Shown: positions 1 through 9,419 of the stretch, piece by piece | Layout of the letters: every line of letters starts with the position of its first letter | How positions within the stretch are numbered: the first letter of the stretch is position 1 | Assembly: GCA_036649855.1 (NCBI GenBank) | Contig: JAVWAV010000001.1 | Location: forward strand, 22,823-86,822 | Length of the DNA stretch: 64,000 nucleotides | From: Bacilli bacterium | Lineage (GTDB): Bacteria > Bacillota_I > Bacilli_A > RFN20 > CAG-826 | Direction: 5' to 3' | Program-made: the position numbers and the translations under genes | Notes under the pieces: generated by a model | Told to the model about the DNA's origin: nothing | What the model saw: the letters and a program-made list of their open reading frames with translations, nothing else | Databases searched by the model: none

Positions 1-402
1 TTAGAATCTAGTTTTCCAGGTATTTTTGTCTGTGGAAACAGTTTACACGTTCATGATCTTGTTGATAATGTTTCAGAAGAAGCACGAAACGCAGGAAAAG
101 AAGCAGCAAAATACATCAATAATCTCGAAGAAAATGGGAAAATTGTTGAAATTAGACCAAGTTGCGATTTTGGATATATCGTTCCAAAGCACGTAAGAAT
201 TGAAAATGAAGACAAAAATATTATTTTAAAATTTAGAAGTAGAAATCATTTAAGCAATGCAACAGTGGTGATTAAAAACAATGGTAACATTTTATTTAAG
301 AAATTTTTTCCTTTCTTAATTCCAAGCGAGATGGATGTCTTTTCATTCAATTTAGATCATAATATAGAAGGAAATATTGAAATCGAGATTTTAAAGAAAT
401 GA
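1..402 (+). CDS. FAD/NAD(P)-dependent oxidoreductase, C-terminal fragment (5' end outside window)
   Basis: Frame 1 is open from the window edge to TGA 400-402. The translation begins [36 protein letters not shown], which resembles the C-terminal FAD-binding motif of pyridine-nucleotide-disulfide-type oxidoreductases. Its stop overlaps (ATGA) the start of a DUF1667 gene, the usual partner in glycerol-3-phosphate dehydrogenase-type operons. Confidence 0.55.
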   Translation, partial: LESSFPGIFVCGNSLHVHDLVDNVSEEARNAGKEAAKYINNLEENGKIVEIRPSCDFGYIVPKHVRIENEDKNIILKFRSRNHLSNATVVIKNNGNILFKKFFPFLIPSEMDVFSFNLDHNIEGNIEIEILKK

Positions 403-737
403 AAAAATTTACATGTATTATTTGTCCACGTGGATGTGGATTATCAATAGATGAAAAAACGCTAGAAGTAACTGGCAATTTTTGTTCACGCGGTGAAAAA
501 TATGCTATTTCTGAGATCAGTAATCCGGTAAGAAGTTTAACTTCATTTGTGCGTTGTAGTGACAATCGAATTTGTAGTGTAAAATCATCAGTTCCGGTTC
601 CAAAGGGCAAGATTTTTGAAATAATTGAAGCTATAAAAGATGTACATCCAATTCCTCCAATTCATATTGGAGACGTTGTTATTAAAAATATTTTAGGACT
701 TGAGATTGATATGCTTGCAACAAGGGAAATATTATAA
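399..737 (+). CDS. DUF1667 domain protein
   Basis: 112-aa ORF with CIICPRGC and FCSRGEKY cysteine motifs typical of DUF1667. It is translationally coupled to the upstream oxidoreductase. Confidence 0.75.
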   Translation: MKKFTCIICPRGCGLSIDEKTLEVTGNFCSRGEKYAISEISNPVRSLTSFVRCSDNRICSVKSSVPVPKGKIFEIIEAIKDVHPIPPIHIGDVVIKNILGLEIDMLATREIL

Positions 738-1316
738 ATGAAATTATTAATTTGTTCTGATTTACATGGTTCTTTATCTTCTGGCGAGGCAATAAAAGCA
801 ATTGTTACTAAATTTGAAATTGATCATATATTATGCTGTGGTGATTTTTTGTATAATGGCGCACGTAACGTTGTTCCAGCTGACTATAATCCTAATGAGC
901 TTTCAAAGATTTTAAACACCTTTAGTAGTTTATTAGTAGGTATTGAAGGGAATTGCGATTCTCGAGTTGATAAAATGGTGTTAAATTTTCCAATAAAGTT
1001 ATTTGCAGGGTTTAAATTTAATGATTATGAAATATTTGCTACCCATGGAGACGATGAAGCTTTATTAAATTTTACACCAAAAGAAAATGAAGTTATCGTA
1101 AAAGGGCATACCCATGTTCCTTATATGATAAAAAATGAAAATGGTGGCATTTTATTAAATCCAGGATCGATGACTTTTCCTAAAGGAAGTTTGGGAAAAA
1201 CTTTTATAATTATCGATGAATACGATATAATCCTATACGAATATGAGTTTACTGATGCATTTTATATCATAAAAAGTTTTTCATTAAAAGATAGCAACTT
1301 GTCTTTTAATAAGTAG
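738..1316 (+). CDS. YfcE-like metallophosphoesterase (MJ0936-family phosphodiesterase)
   Basis: Calcineurin-like phosphoesterase motifs occur in canonical order: SDLHG, CGDFLYNG, GNCD, THGD, GHTH. The ATG directly follows the preceding TAA. Confidence 0.8.
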   Translation: MKLLICSDLHGSLSSGEAIKAIVTKFEIDHILCCGDFLYNGARNVVPADYNPNELSKILNTFSSLLVGIEGNCDSRVDKMVLNFPIKLFAGFKFNDYEIFATHGDDEALLNFTPKENEVIVKGHTHVPYMIKNENGGILLNPGSMTFPKGSLGKTFIIIDEYDIILYEYEFTDAFYIIKSFSLKDSNLSFNK

Positions 1317-1373
1317 TTGATTTTGGTATAATGATTAAAGAGATTTGAAATAGAAATAATTGGAGTTTTGTGT

Positions 1374-3065
1374 ATGAATGAAAATGTAAAGATTTACGCC
1401 TTAGGCGGATTAGACAGCAATGGAAACAATTTATATTGTGTTGATATAAATGGAGATATTTTTGTTATTTGTTGTGGTGCAGGGTATCCTGATAAAACAA
1501 CACCAGGAATTGATTTTATTATTCCAAATTATTCTTTTCTAAAAGATAATAAATCACGTGTAAAAGGTTATATTATAACTGATGCTCACGATGATACATT
1601 TGGGGCATTGCCTTTTATTTATCGTGAAGTTCCAGCTCCAGTTTTTACAACTCACTTTATAGGTATATTCTTTGATTTATACTCTAAAAGTATTGGAATT
1701 ACTCAAACATATGATATAAAAGAAATAGATTTGTCGCAACAAATTGAAATTGCTGCTCATAAGATTTCATTTTTTAGAAATTGCCATAGTTCTCCAGATT
1801 CATTTGGAGTCGTTCTTGATACTCCTTATGGAAACGTTGTTTATTCAGGAGATTTTATCTTTGAATATTGCACCAATAAACACTTTCAACTTGATTTAAA
1901 TACATTAACGCAAATCGGTAAAAAGAAAACACTTGCTTTACTTTGTGATTCAATAAACGCAGGAAGAAAGGGTTTTACTTCACCAAATCACCGTATTAAA
2001 GATATTATTGGAAAAGATATAATTGACGCTGAAGGAAAAGTTTTTGTTGGTCTTTATAATCAACATTTCTTTAACTATATTGAAATTATTGATCTTGTTA
2101 TATCTTTAACTTCAAGACAGATTTGTTTTTATGATAAAGAAAGTGAAACGCTTTTTAAAATGTTGTCATTATCAGGAATAGTTGATATTCCTTCAAATAG
2201 AGTTTTATCTGCTGATGATCTTCCACGCACTCCAGATAAAAATGTTGTAATTATTATTAGCGGAATTGGTGATAAACTTTATAATAAAATATCACTTCTT
2301 GCCGTAAAAGATGTGGATGATAAACGTTTTTCAATTAAAGAAAACGATACTTTCATTTTAGCTTGTCCACCTGCTCCAAATTTTGAAGTTTTAGCAGTGG
2401 ATGTTCTTGATGAACTATATCGTAATAACTGTAAAGTAGTTAATGTCTCACGTAAACAATTAGTAAAAATGCACGCAAGTGAAGATGACATTAAAATGCT
2501 TGTAAGTCTTATTACTCCTAAATATTTTATTCCTGTAAAAGGTGAATATCGTGATTTAATGTCAAATGCTTCACTTGCTATTAACATGAATATTGGTTTG
2601 AATCATAGCAATGTTTTACTACTTGATAATGGTGATGTTATCGAATTTTTTGAAGCTAATAAGGCACCAAAATTTTCGACACTTTGTGATGTAGCTGAAA
2701 TCGGAACAATGATGGTTGATGGTAGCGGAGTTGGCGATGTTGCTAACGAAATTATTTTAGAAAGAACAAGACTTTCAACTGATGGAGTTGTGGTTCTTAG
2801 CGTTGTAATTTCAGCTTCATTAAAGAAAATTATTGGTGGTCCAGATGTTCAAATGAGAGGCTACTTATTCGTTAAAGACAGCGAACAAATAATTAAGGGT
2901 GTTACAGCTATTTTAGAAAATACCATTACAAAATTTCTTGCTAAACCTGAAAAGTTTAATAAACAACTTTGTGAAAAAGAGATTGTTGATGAGTGTACTA
3001 GATATACTCGCAGAATGACAAAAAGAAATCCAATAATTGATCCTTCTATAATAGTTTTAGATTAA
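1374..3065 (+). CDS. rnj: Ribonuclease J family protein (metal-ligand motifs degenerate, J2-like)
   Basis: Collinear by eye with B. subtilis RNase J1 over its full length (ALGGL..., SFFRNCHSSPDS, YSGDFIF, PVKGEYR, MVDGSGVGDV). GGAG at 1362-1365 favours ATG 1374 over the TTG at 1368 used by the ORF track. Confidence 0.85.
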   Translation: MNENVKIYALGGLDSNGNNLYCVDINGDIFVICCGAGYPDKTTPGIDFIIPNYSFLKDNKSRVKGYIITDAHDDTFGALPFIYREVPAPVFTTHFIGIFFDLYSKSIGITQTYDIKEIDLSQQIEIAAHKISFFRNCHSSPDSFGVVLDTPYGNVVYSGDFIFEYCTNKHFQLDLNTLTQIGKKKTLALLCDSINAGRKGFTSPNHRIKDIIGKDIIDAEGKVFVGLYNQHFFNYIEIIDLVISLTSRQICFYDKESETLFKMLSLSGIVDIPSNRVLSADDLPRTPDKNVVIIISGIGDKLYNKISLLAVKDVDDKRFSIKENDTFILACPPAPNFEVLAVDVLDELYRNNCKVVNVSRKQLVKMHASEDDIKMLVSLITPKYFIPVKGEYRDLMSNASLAINMNIGLNHSNVLLLDNGDVIEFFEANKAPKFSTLCDVAEIGTMMVDGSGVGDVANEIILERTRLSTDGVVVLSVVISASLKKIIGGPDVQMRGYLFVKDSEQIIKGVTAILENTITKFLAKPEKFNKQLCEKEIVDECTRYTRRMTKRNPIIDPSIIVLD

Positions 3066-3177
3066 TTTTTAACTAACTTTTACTTTTAATCTTTTTGAAA
3101 TATTTTTTTATAGTAAAACATTTATTTTTTAACTACATTGTATTTTAAAAAAATCTATTTTGCTGTATAATAAACCT

Positions 3178-5907
3178 ATGCTTAGTAATGGAAAAAAGAA
3201 GACAGGCGTAAGCGTTAAACAAATAAGAATTGTTTCGGGCATAATAATTTGTTTATTTAGTATTTTTGTAATATTAAATTATGGTTATGTCGCTACAGGC
3301 TTACTTTTTCCCGCATATTATTTATTTGGTAATCTTTATTTTTTGCCTTATTCTTTCCTATTTCTATTAGGTATATTTTTAATTTTTAAAAATGCTCTTC
3401 CTAAAGGAAAAAAATGGAATTATATAGTTTCTGCTTTTTTTGTAATAATTGGCATTTTAATGATGATTACTTTATATAAAGATAATGAAGTGACAGGAAA
3501 AGACCTGACCATTTTCAATTTTATAGAATCTCTAAATTCGGTAATTCATTATAATGATGGTTATCCGCTTAAGTTAATGAATCTTGAACTTGGTGGTGGA
3601 TTTATTGGAATGTTTCTTACTGGTTCTTTTAATACACTTTGTACTAGTTGGATCGGCACTTTTTCAATATCTATTATTTTTATGACAATTGGTGTCTTAT
3701 TTGTCCTTTTTTCACCTATAAAATGTTTAATTCTTGTTTTAAAAGCAAATCATGCAAAGTCTAAACCATTAATCGCTAAAGAAATTAAAAGTGAACTAAT
3801 TGAAGAAGCACATTCTAAAGACGATCAAATATCTACTATAATTAATGAAGAAAAATTAATAAATGAAGAAAAAAATGAAGTGAATGAATTTGTAGAAACG
3901 CAAAATTCATCTAAAGATATTAATGTTGAAACCGCTACTGTAATTCCTGAATCAGCAATTGATGAGATTGAAAAAACAGCAAATACGCTTGAAAATACTG
4001 AAACAACAAATAAATCGTATTATAGTGATTTTTTTACTGAGGAAAAAGAAGAGACGAATAATGGTGTTAATAACGACGAATTAATTGCTAAAATGTTCGG
4101 TCTTGATGTAGAAGAAAAAAAAGAAAATGCTACTATTGATGTTATAAATATCAAGACAGAAGAAATTAAAGAAGAGGAAGAAGTTATTTTTGATGATGAA
4201 AAAGAAAATATAATTGAAGATTTTAATATTTCAAACGAAAATAGAGAAGAAACAAATATCGATGTTGAAGAAGAAATTTTTGTTGAAGAAGAAACATATT
4301 TTGCATTAAATAATGAAAAAAATGATAAAGAAGTGGAAGAAAAAGCACCAAATGAGACAAACAATTTAGAAGAGAAAAATCTAGAGGAAGAAAATTTAGA
4401 AGAAGGCATTGAATTTAATCATTATAATTTGACTAATGATTATATACCTCCATCAATTGATCTTTTTGAAGATCGTATTTCTTATTCTAAAGATAAAGCT
4501 AATGTTGATGCAGCAGAAAAAACTGTTGTCATTATTAACAATAAATTAAAATCACTTAATGCAGGAGCAACTATTAAACAATACGTTATTGGGCCTGCCG
4601 TTACGCGTTATAGTATTTTTCCTGATGAAGATGTCTCGGTTTCGACACTTAATAAATATGTTGCTGATATCGCAATGTCGATTGGCGGAAAACCTGTTCG
4701 TTTTGAACCATTTACGGTTGGACAAAATAATGCTTGTCTTGAAATTCCAAATGATAAAGTTTCAATGGTTGGTTTCAAAGAAACATTAGAAAAACTTCCA
4801 ATTTCAAATGGATTTGAAGATGCTGATTTAACTATTCCATTTGGTAAAAATATTGATGGCGAGATTATATATGGAAATATGAAGAAATTTCCACATATGT
4901 ATGTTTGTGGAACATCAGGTTCAGGAAAATCAGTATTTATAAACTCAATTATTGTGAATTTGCTATATAGAAATTCACCAAGATGCTTGAGAATTCTTCT
5001 TGTCGATCCTAAGCGTGTTGAATTTTCAAAATATAAAGACGTTCCACATTTAGTTTGTCCTCCTATTAAAGAAGCTGAAGATGCAATTGGCGCTATTAGA
5101 ATGCTTACAACAGAAATGGACAATCGTTATTCAATTCTTGAAACAACTGGATGTCTTGATATTAAAGAATATAACGAATATGCAAAAAGATCTAATTTAC
5201 CTTATATGCCATATATTGTTTGTATTGTCGATGAATACAGTGATTTAGTTGATGTGTGCCGTGAAGTTGAAGCTCCTTTAATACGTTTAGGACAAAAAGC
5301 TCGTTCTTCGGGAATTCATCTTATTATTGCAATGCAAAGACCAGATGCTGTTGTCTTAACAAGTCGTTTAAAAGCCAATATTAATACCAAAGTAGCTTTA
5401 ATGGTTGGTACTTCTGTTGATAGCAAAGTTGCACTTGATGCAACTGGCGCACAAGATTTATTAGGAAATGGAGATATGTTAGTATCTTGCCCAGAAGTTC
5501 AACGCAATAAATTAACACGACTTCAAGCTCCTTATATTTCAAGCGATGAAATTCGTAAGTTTACCGATGACTTAAAATCTAAATATCAACCTCAATATAA
5601 TGAAGCCTTTGAAAATATCTCACGTAGTATGTACGATATTTCATCGAATGAAGGCCAATATACTCAAGAATATAAGTTTGATGATGAAACATTTAATGCT
5701 GTTCGTGAATTTACATTTTCTCGCGAAACAATCTCTGGAAATGCCCTTGTAATGAATTTCCATATTGGCAATAATACTGCTAAAATATATATTGATAAAT
5801 TAATTGAAGAAGGCGTCATTGATTCAAAATCAGTAGGAGCTTTAGGAAGAAAAGTTCTTGTCCACTCGATTGACGAATTAAAAGACTTAAAAAATGGTGA
5901 TCTATAA
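3178..5907 (+). CDS. ftsK: DNA translocase FtsK/SpoIIIE
   Basis: N-terminal multi-pass membrane domain, a long E/N/K-rich linker, a C-terminal motor with Walker A GTSGSGKS and Walker B IVCIVDE, and a gamma-like wHTH tail. The start is placed at ATG 3178, 6 nt after TATAAT 3166-3171; the longest ORF starts at TTG 3160. Confidence 0.9.
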   Translation: MLSNGKKKTGVSVKQIRIVSGIIICLFSIFVILNYGYVATGLLFPAYYLFGNLYFLPYSFLFLLGIFLIFKNALPKGKKWNYIVSAFFVIIGILMMITLYKDNEVTGKDLTIFNFIESLNSVIHYNDGYPLKLMNLELGGGFIGMFLTGSFNTLCTSWIGTFSISIIFMTIGVLFVLFSPIKCLILVLKANHAKSKPLIAKEIKSELIEEAHSKDDQISTIINEEKLINEEKNEVNEFVETQNSSKDINVETATVIPESAIDEIEKTANTLENTETTNKSYYSDFFTEEKEETNNGVNNDELIAKMFGLDVEEKKENATIDVINIKTEEIKEEEEVIFDDEKENIIEDFNISNENREETNIDVEEEIFVEEETYFALNNEKNDKEVEEKAPNETNNLEEKNLEEENLEEGIEFNHYNLTNDYIPPSIDLFEDRISYSKDKANVDAAEKTVVIINNKLKSLNAGATIKQYVIGPAVTRYSIFPDEDVSVSTLNKYVADIAMSIGGKPVRFEPFTVGQNNACLEIPNDKVSMVGFKETLEKLPISNGFEDADLTIPFGKNIDGEIIYGNMKKFPHMYVCGTSGSGKSVFINSIIVNLLYRNSPRCLRILLVDPKRVEFSKYKDVPHLVCPPIKEAEDAIGAIRMLTTEMDNRYSILETTGCLDIKEYNEYAKRSNLPYMPYIVCIVDEYSDLVDVCREVEAPLIRLGQKARSSGIHLIIAMQRPDAVVLTSRLKANINTKVALMVGTSVDSKVALDATGAQDLLGNGDMLVSCPEVQRNKLTRLQAPYISSDEIRKFTDDLKSKYQPQYNEAFENISRSMYDISSNEGQYTQEYKFDDETFNAVREFTFSRETISGNALVMNFHIGNNTAKIYIDKLIEEGVIDSKSVGALGRKVLVHSIDELKDLKNGDL

Positions 5908-6230
5908 TGGGTGTTGGAATTGATATTGTTGCTATAAAGCACATTAAAAACTATAAAACTCTTGCTAAAAAGATATTGTCTGAGAAAGAATATGAAATAT
6001 TTTTAACGAAACAAAGCGAAGAAAATGCCATAAATTTCGTGGCTGGGAGATATGCTGCAAAAGAGGCGTTCTTAAAAGCTAATAAAGTTGGCATTGGCGC
6101 TATTAATTTCCAAGCAATATCTATTATAAATCTTAATTCTGGTCAGCCGATTCTCTATTATCAAGAAAAGGAATATGAAGTCTCGATATCTCACGAAAAG
6201 GAGTATGCAATTGCTATTGTAATATTATGA
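5907..6230 (+). CDS. acpS: Holo-[acyl-carrier-protein] synthase
   Basis: 107 aa. GVGIDIV start, GRYAAKEAFLKA and ISHEKEYAIA motifs typical of AcpS. TAATG overlap with ftsK. Confidence 0.9.
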   Translation: MGVGIDIVAIKHIKNYKTLAKKILSEKEYEIFLTKQSEENAINFVAGRYAAKEAFLKANKVGIGAINFQAISIINLNSGQPILYYQEKEYEVSISHEKEYAIAIVIL

Positions 6231-8380
6231 AAAATACAACTTTTACTGCTAAATTAATTAGCGAAAATCAAATCCGTATAACTATATTTTCATCAATCAC
6301 TAAACCAGATAATTATTTAATTAATATTATTAAAGATAATTTGGAAATTAAGCCACTAAAGATTGAAAAGTTTTCTTTAATGGGAAATATCGCAGTTTAT
6401 GATTGTTCTGTCCCATTTACCATTGATTTAGGACATTTTTATGATGTTGTTATTGAATCATTTGGTTCTTGTGCACTTGACGTTAATGATGCAACCACAT
6501 TTACAAATTTTGATGAAAAATTCTTCTATGGAAATAACGATTTAGGCGCTAATTGGCAAAAAGATTACACCGAATTTGTTTTATGGGCTCCACTGGCTTG
6601 TTCAGTTTTGCTCAAAATTTCCGTTGATGAAGGAAAAAGTTGGGTATTTTATCAAATGGAACGTGAAACTAAAGGTGTTTATCGTTTAAAGTTGAACGGA
6701 AATTTTGATGGTGCTTACTATAATTATTTCGTCAATAATAGTGGCGTAAGTAAACTTACGCTTGATCCTTATGGAAAAGGAAGCACCGCAAACGCAAAAA
6801 ACAGTGTAGTTATTAACTTCAAAAAAATTAAAATTGATCTTGAAGAGGAAAATTTACCAAAATATGAAAATTATACAGATGCTATAATTTATGAAACTCA
6901 TGTTCGTGATTTTACTATTTCTCCAGCCACTAATATTCAAAATAAAGGTGTGTTTTTAGGGTTAAGTGAAGAACATCGTACAACAAAAGGCGGTCATCCA
7001 GCAGGACTTGATTATTTAAAGTTTTTAGGAATAACTCATTTACAGTTGTTACCAATTTATGATTATAAAACAGTTGATGAAACAAATACAAAAACAACAT
7101 ATAACTGGGGATATGATCCTCAACAATTTTTTGTTCCTGAAGGCGGATTTGCAAGTGATGTAAACGATCCTTATTCACGTATAATTGACCTTAAAAAAAT
7201 GGTTAAAGCTCTCCATCATAATAAAATTAAAGTAGTAATGGACGTTGTTTATAACCATGTTTTTGATTATCAATTTTCGATATTTGAAGATGTTGTACCT
7301 AATTATTATTTTAGAAGAAATATTAATGGAATCATGTCTAATGGTTCATTTTGCGGAAATGATGTTGCCACTGAAAAGAAAATGGTTAGCAAAATGATTA
7401 TTGATGCTTGTTCATTTTGGATTAAAGAATATGGAATAGATGGCTTTAGGTTCGATTTAATGGGCATTATTGATAAATATACAATAATGAAAATATATCG
7501 TGATGCTACACTTATGAAACCAGATTTTATTATTTATGGCGAAGGATGGAATATGCCAACTGTACTTGATGATTCTATTAAAACAAGTACAAACAATGCG
7601 TTAGTTTTACCACATATTGGATTCTTTAATGAATCATTTCGTGATATCGTAAAAGGACCAACTACTGAATGTGATTTCCAAGTTCCAGGATATCTTACTG
7701 GTGATTTATCTTATCGTGATGGATTTAAATTTGCTTATTTAGCATCAATTTTATCTCGTACATTTCCTAAAAAGTTCTTAAATGCCAATCAATCATTAAA
7801 TTATGTTGAATGTCATGATAATGCTACGTTATTTGATAAAATTATTTCATCAACTGACATTGAAAATGAAAGTGATATATTACGTGTTTTAAAAATGTGT
7901 AATGCTACTGTTTTGCTTTCTTTTGGAATTCCATTTATTCATGCTGGACAAGAGATTGGCCAAAGCAAAAACATGCATCAAAATACATATAATACTGGTG
8001 ATAAATATAATATGTTTAGATACGATTTACTTGATGCGCGATACGATTATGCAAATTATTTAAAAACTTTAATAGAATTTAGAAAATATTTTACCTGTCT
8101 TCATGATTTTAGGCCAGAAGTTATTGCTGAAGATGGAGAATTTGTAGATCTTAAAAATGGTGGAATAATGCTTGTTTTTGCCAAGAAAACGAATTTACGT
8201 AATGTTAAAAACTTACAAATAATTTATAATCCAACAGATGAACCATATTATCATGAGTTCGATGTAGAAAAACGTCTAATTATCAGCGATGCAGGCTGTA
8301 ATATTAAATCAGACTTAGTAGTCAAAAATGCAACTGTACCAGCATATTCTATCTTCGGGTACGTTGATGTGGAGGAATAA
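6227..8380 (+). CDS. pulA: Type I pullulanase (GH13), apparently cytoplasmic
   Basis: GH13 conserved regions are present: YNWGYDP, VVMDVVYNHV, GFRFDLMG, YGEGWN, YVECHDN. No signal peptide is visible at the N-terminus. Confidence 0.85.
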   Translation: MKNTTFTAKLISENQIRITIFSSITKPDNYLINIIKDNLEIKPLKIEKFSLMGNIAVYDCSVPFTIDLGHFYDVVIESFGSCALDVNDATTFTNFDEKFFYGNNDLGANWQKDYTEFVLWAPLACSVLLKISVDEGKSWVFYQMERETKGVYRLKLNGNFDGAYYNYFVNNSGVSKLTLDPYGKGSTANAKNSVVINFKKIKIDLEEENLPKYENYTDAIIYETHVRDFTISPATNIQNKGVFLGLSEEHRTTKGGHPAGLDYLKFLGITHLQLLPIYDYKTVDETNTKTTYNWGYDPQQFFVPEGGFASDVNDPYSRIIDLKKMVKALHHNKIKVVMDVVYNHVFDYQFSIFEDVVPNYYFRRNINGIMSNGSFCGNDVATEKKMVSKMIIDACSFWIKEYGIDGFRFDLMGIIDKYTIMKIYRDATLMKPDFIIYGEGWNMPTVLDDSIKTSTNNALVLPHIGFFNESFRDIVKGPTTECDFQVPGYLTGDLSYRDGFKFAYLASILSRTFPKKFLNANQSLNYVECHDNATLFDKIISSTDIENESDILRVLKMCNATVLLSFGIPFIHAGQEIGQSKNMHQNTYNTGDKYNMFRYDLLDARYDYANYLKTLIEFRKYFTCLHDFRPEVIAEDGEFVDLKNGGIMLVFAKKTNLRNVKNLQIIYNPTDEPYYHEFDVEKRLIISDAGCNIKSDLVVKNATVPAYSIFGYVDVEE

Positions 8381-8382
8381 AA

Positions 8383-8667
8383 ATGTTAGCTAGTGTAAAT
8401 CTCGTTTGTAGAGCTGGAGAAATCATAAGTCCAGGGACAAGATGGGTTGAATTTGAAGAGATGATTGATTGTGGTAGATTTATGTTAAATAGATTTATCG
8501 TTAAATATTGGAATGAAAAAGCCAGTAGTCAGTTCATGAATTTTGTACCAGGGACACTTCTTGTTATTTCTGGTCGTCTTGGAAACGATGATGCCGGAAA
8601 TACGATAGTTATTTGCGAAAAAGTTCAATTTTTATCATCAAAAGATGTTCATTTGGAGATATTATAA
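8383..8667 (+). CDS. Small SSB-like OB-fold protein (hypothetical)
   Basis: 94 aa. The N-terminal MLASVNLVCRAGE and C-terminal GTLLVISGRLGNDDAGNTIVICEKVQFL resemble the first and last strands of bacterial SSB. There is no acidic C-terminal tail. Assignment is by eye only. Confidence 0.4.
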   Translation: MLASVNLVCRAGEIISPGTRWVEFEEMIDCGRFMLNRFIVKYWNEKASSQFMNFVPGTLLVISGRLGNDDAGNTIVICEKVQFLSSKDVHLEIL

Positions 8668-9419
8668 TGAAATTATTGCATTTAATTTGCGTATTTGTAC
8701 CTCACTTAATTGTTGAATATTTTAGATGGATTAGGCGCATGGCCAAGCATCCAGAAAAATATCCAATAGAATTACGTTTTTTTAAGGTGAAATCATTAGT
8801 TGAAAATTTAAATAAAATAATGAATAATAAAATTGCCTATATTAATACAACCGATATGTATAAAAGTGATAAAAAATTTATCATGTTTTGCAATCATCAA
8901 TCAATGTATGATCCTTTAGCATTAATATTGAATGCAAAACGTCCAATTGCTTTTTTAGCAAAAAAAGAAAGTAGACATTTTATTTTTGTTGGAAAGGTTG
9001 CTAAGGTTATCGGTTGTGAATTTCTTGATCGAGAAAATTTAAAATCACAAGTTAAAGTAATTATGAAAATTCAACGTTCATTAGCTAATAATGAAATAGA
9101 CTGGGGCGTTTTTCCAGAAGGCACAAGACAAAAAGATCCTTCTCTTGATGTTTTAGACTTTCATAGCGGAACATTCAAAATTCCTCAAAAAGCTCACTCT
9201 GATATTTATTTAACAGCAATTTATGGCACTTTTAAAATTTTACAATTTTTAAAATTCCCTAAATATGGTTTAACTGCAGGTATCAATGTCTTTAAAAAAG
9301 TACCATATGATGATATTAAAAATGTTGAAACAACTGAGCTTTCAGTTAAAATGAAAAATGAAATAAACGAAAAAGTTAATCTTCTTCGCGAAGAAGATAA
9401 AAATTTACTTGTTTCTTAA
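8667..9419 (+). CDS. plsC: 1-acyl-sn-glycerol-3-phosphate acyltransferase
   Basis: Acyltransferase motifs NHQSMYD (HX4D) and FPEGTR. GGAG at 8655-8658 and a TAATG junction favour ATG 8667 over the ORF-track start at 8613. Confidence 0.8.
   Translation: MKLLHLICVFVPHLIVEYFRWIRRMAKHPEKYPIELRFFKVKSLVENLNKIMNNKIAYINTTDMYKSDKKFIMFCNHQSMYDPLALILNAKRPIAFLAKKESRHFIFVGKVAKVIGCEFLDRENLKSQVKVIMKIQRSLANNEIDWGVFPEGTRQKDPSLDVLDFHSGTFKIPQKAHSDIYLTAIYGTFKILQFLKFPKYGLTAGINVFKKVPYDDIKNVETTELSVKMKNEINEKVNLLREEDKNLLVS

Noticed and set aside
400-402. Possibility of genetic code 4 (TGA = Trp), as in many Mollicutes
   Set aside because: TGA closes several well-delimited genes (for example 400-402, 13786-13788, 27213-27215, 53882-53884). 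Conserved Trp positions are encoded by TGG, and long ORFs are intact under the standard code.
4020-4409. 129-aa Ser-rich ORF on the minus strand
   Set aside because: It is the antisense reading of the GAA-rich FtsK linker. Its low-complexity composition mirrors the sense strand, and it has no start context.
3780-4440. Possible tandem repeat or CRISPR-like periodicity in GAA-rich DNA
   Set aside because: There is no repeat/spacer structure, and the tract is in frame inside ftsK. It is coding low-complexity sequence.
8613-8666. N-terminal extension of plsC overlapping the preceding ORF; likewise 13745-13798 for mnmA, 44809-44820 for glyQS and 55883-55888 for efp
   Set aside because: In each case a downstream ATG has a properly spaced SD and gives the N-terminus seen in homologues. 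The extensions start at weak or TTG codons inside the SD or the upstream gene.
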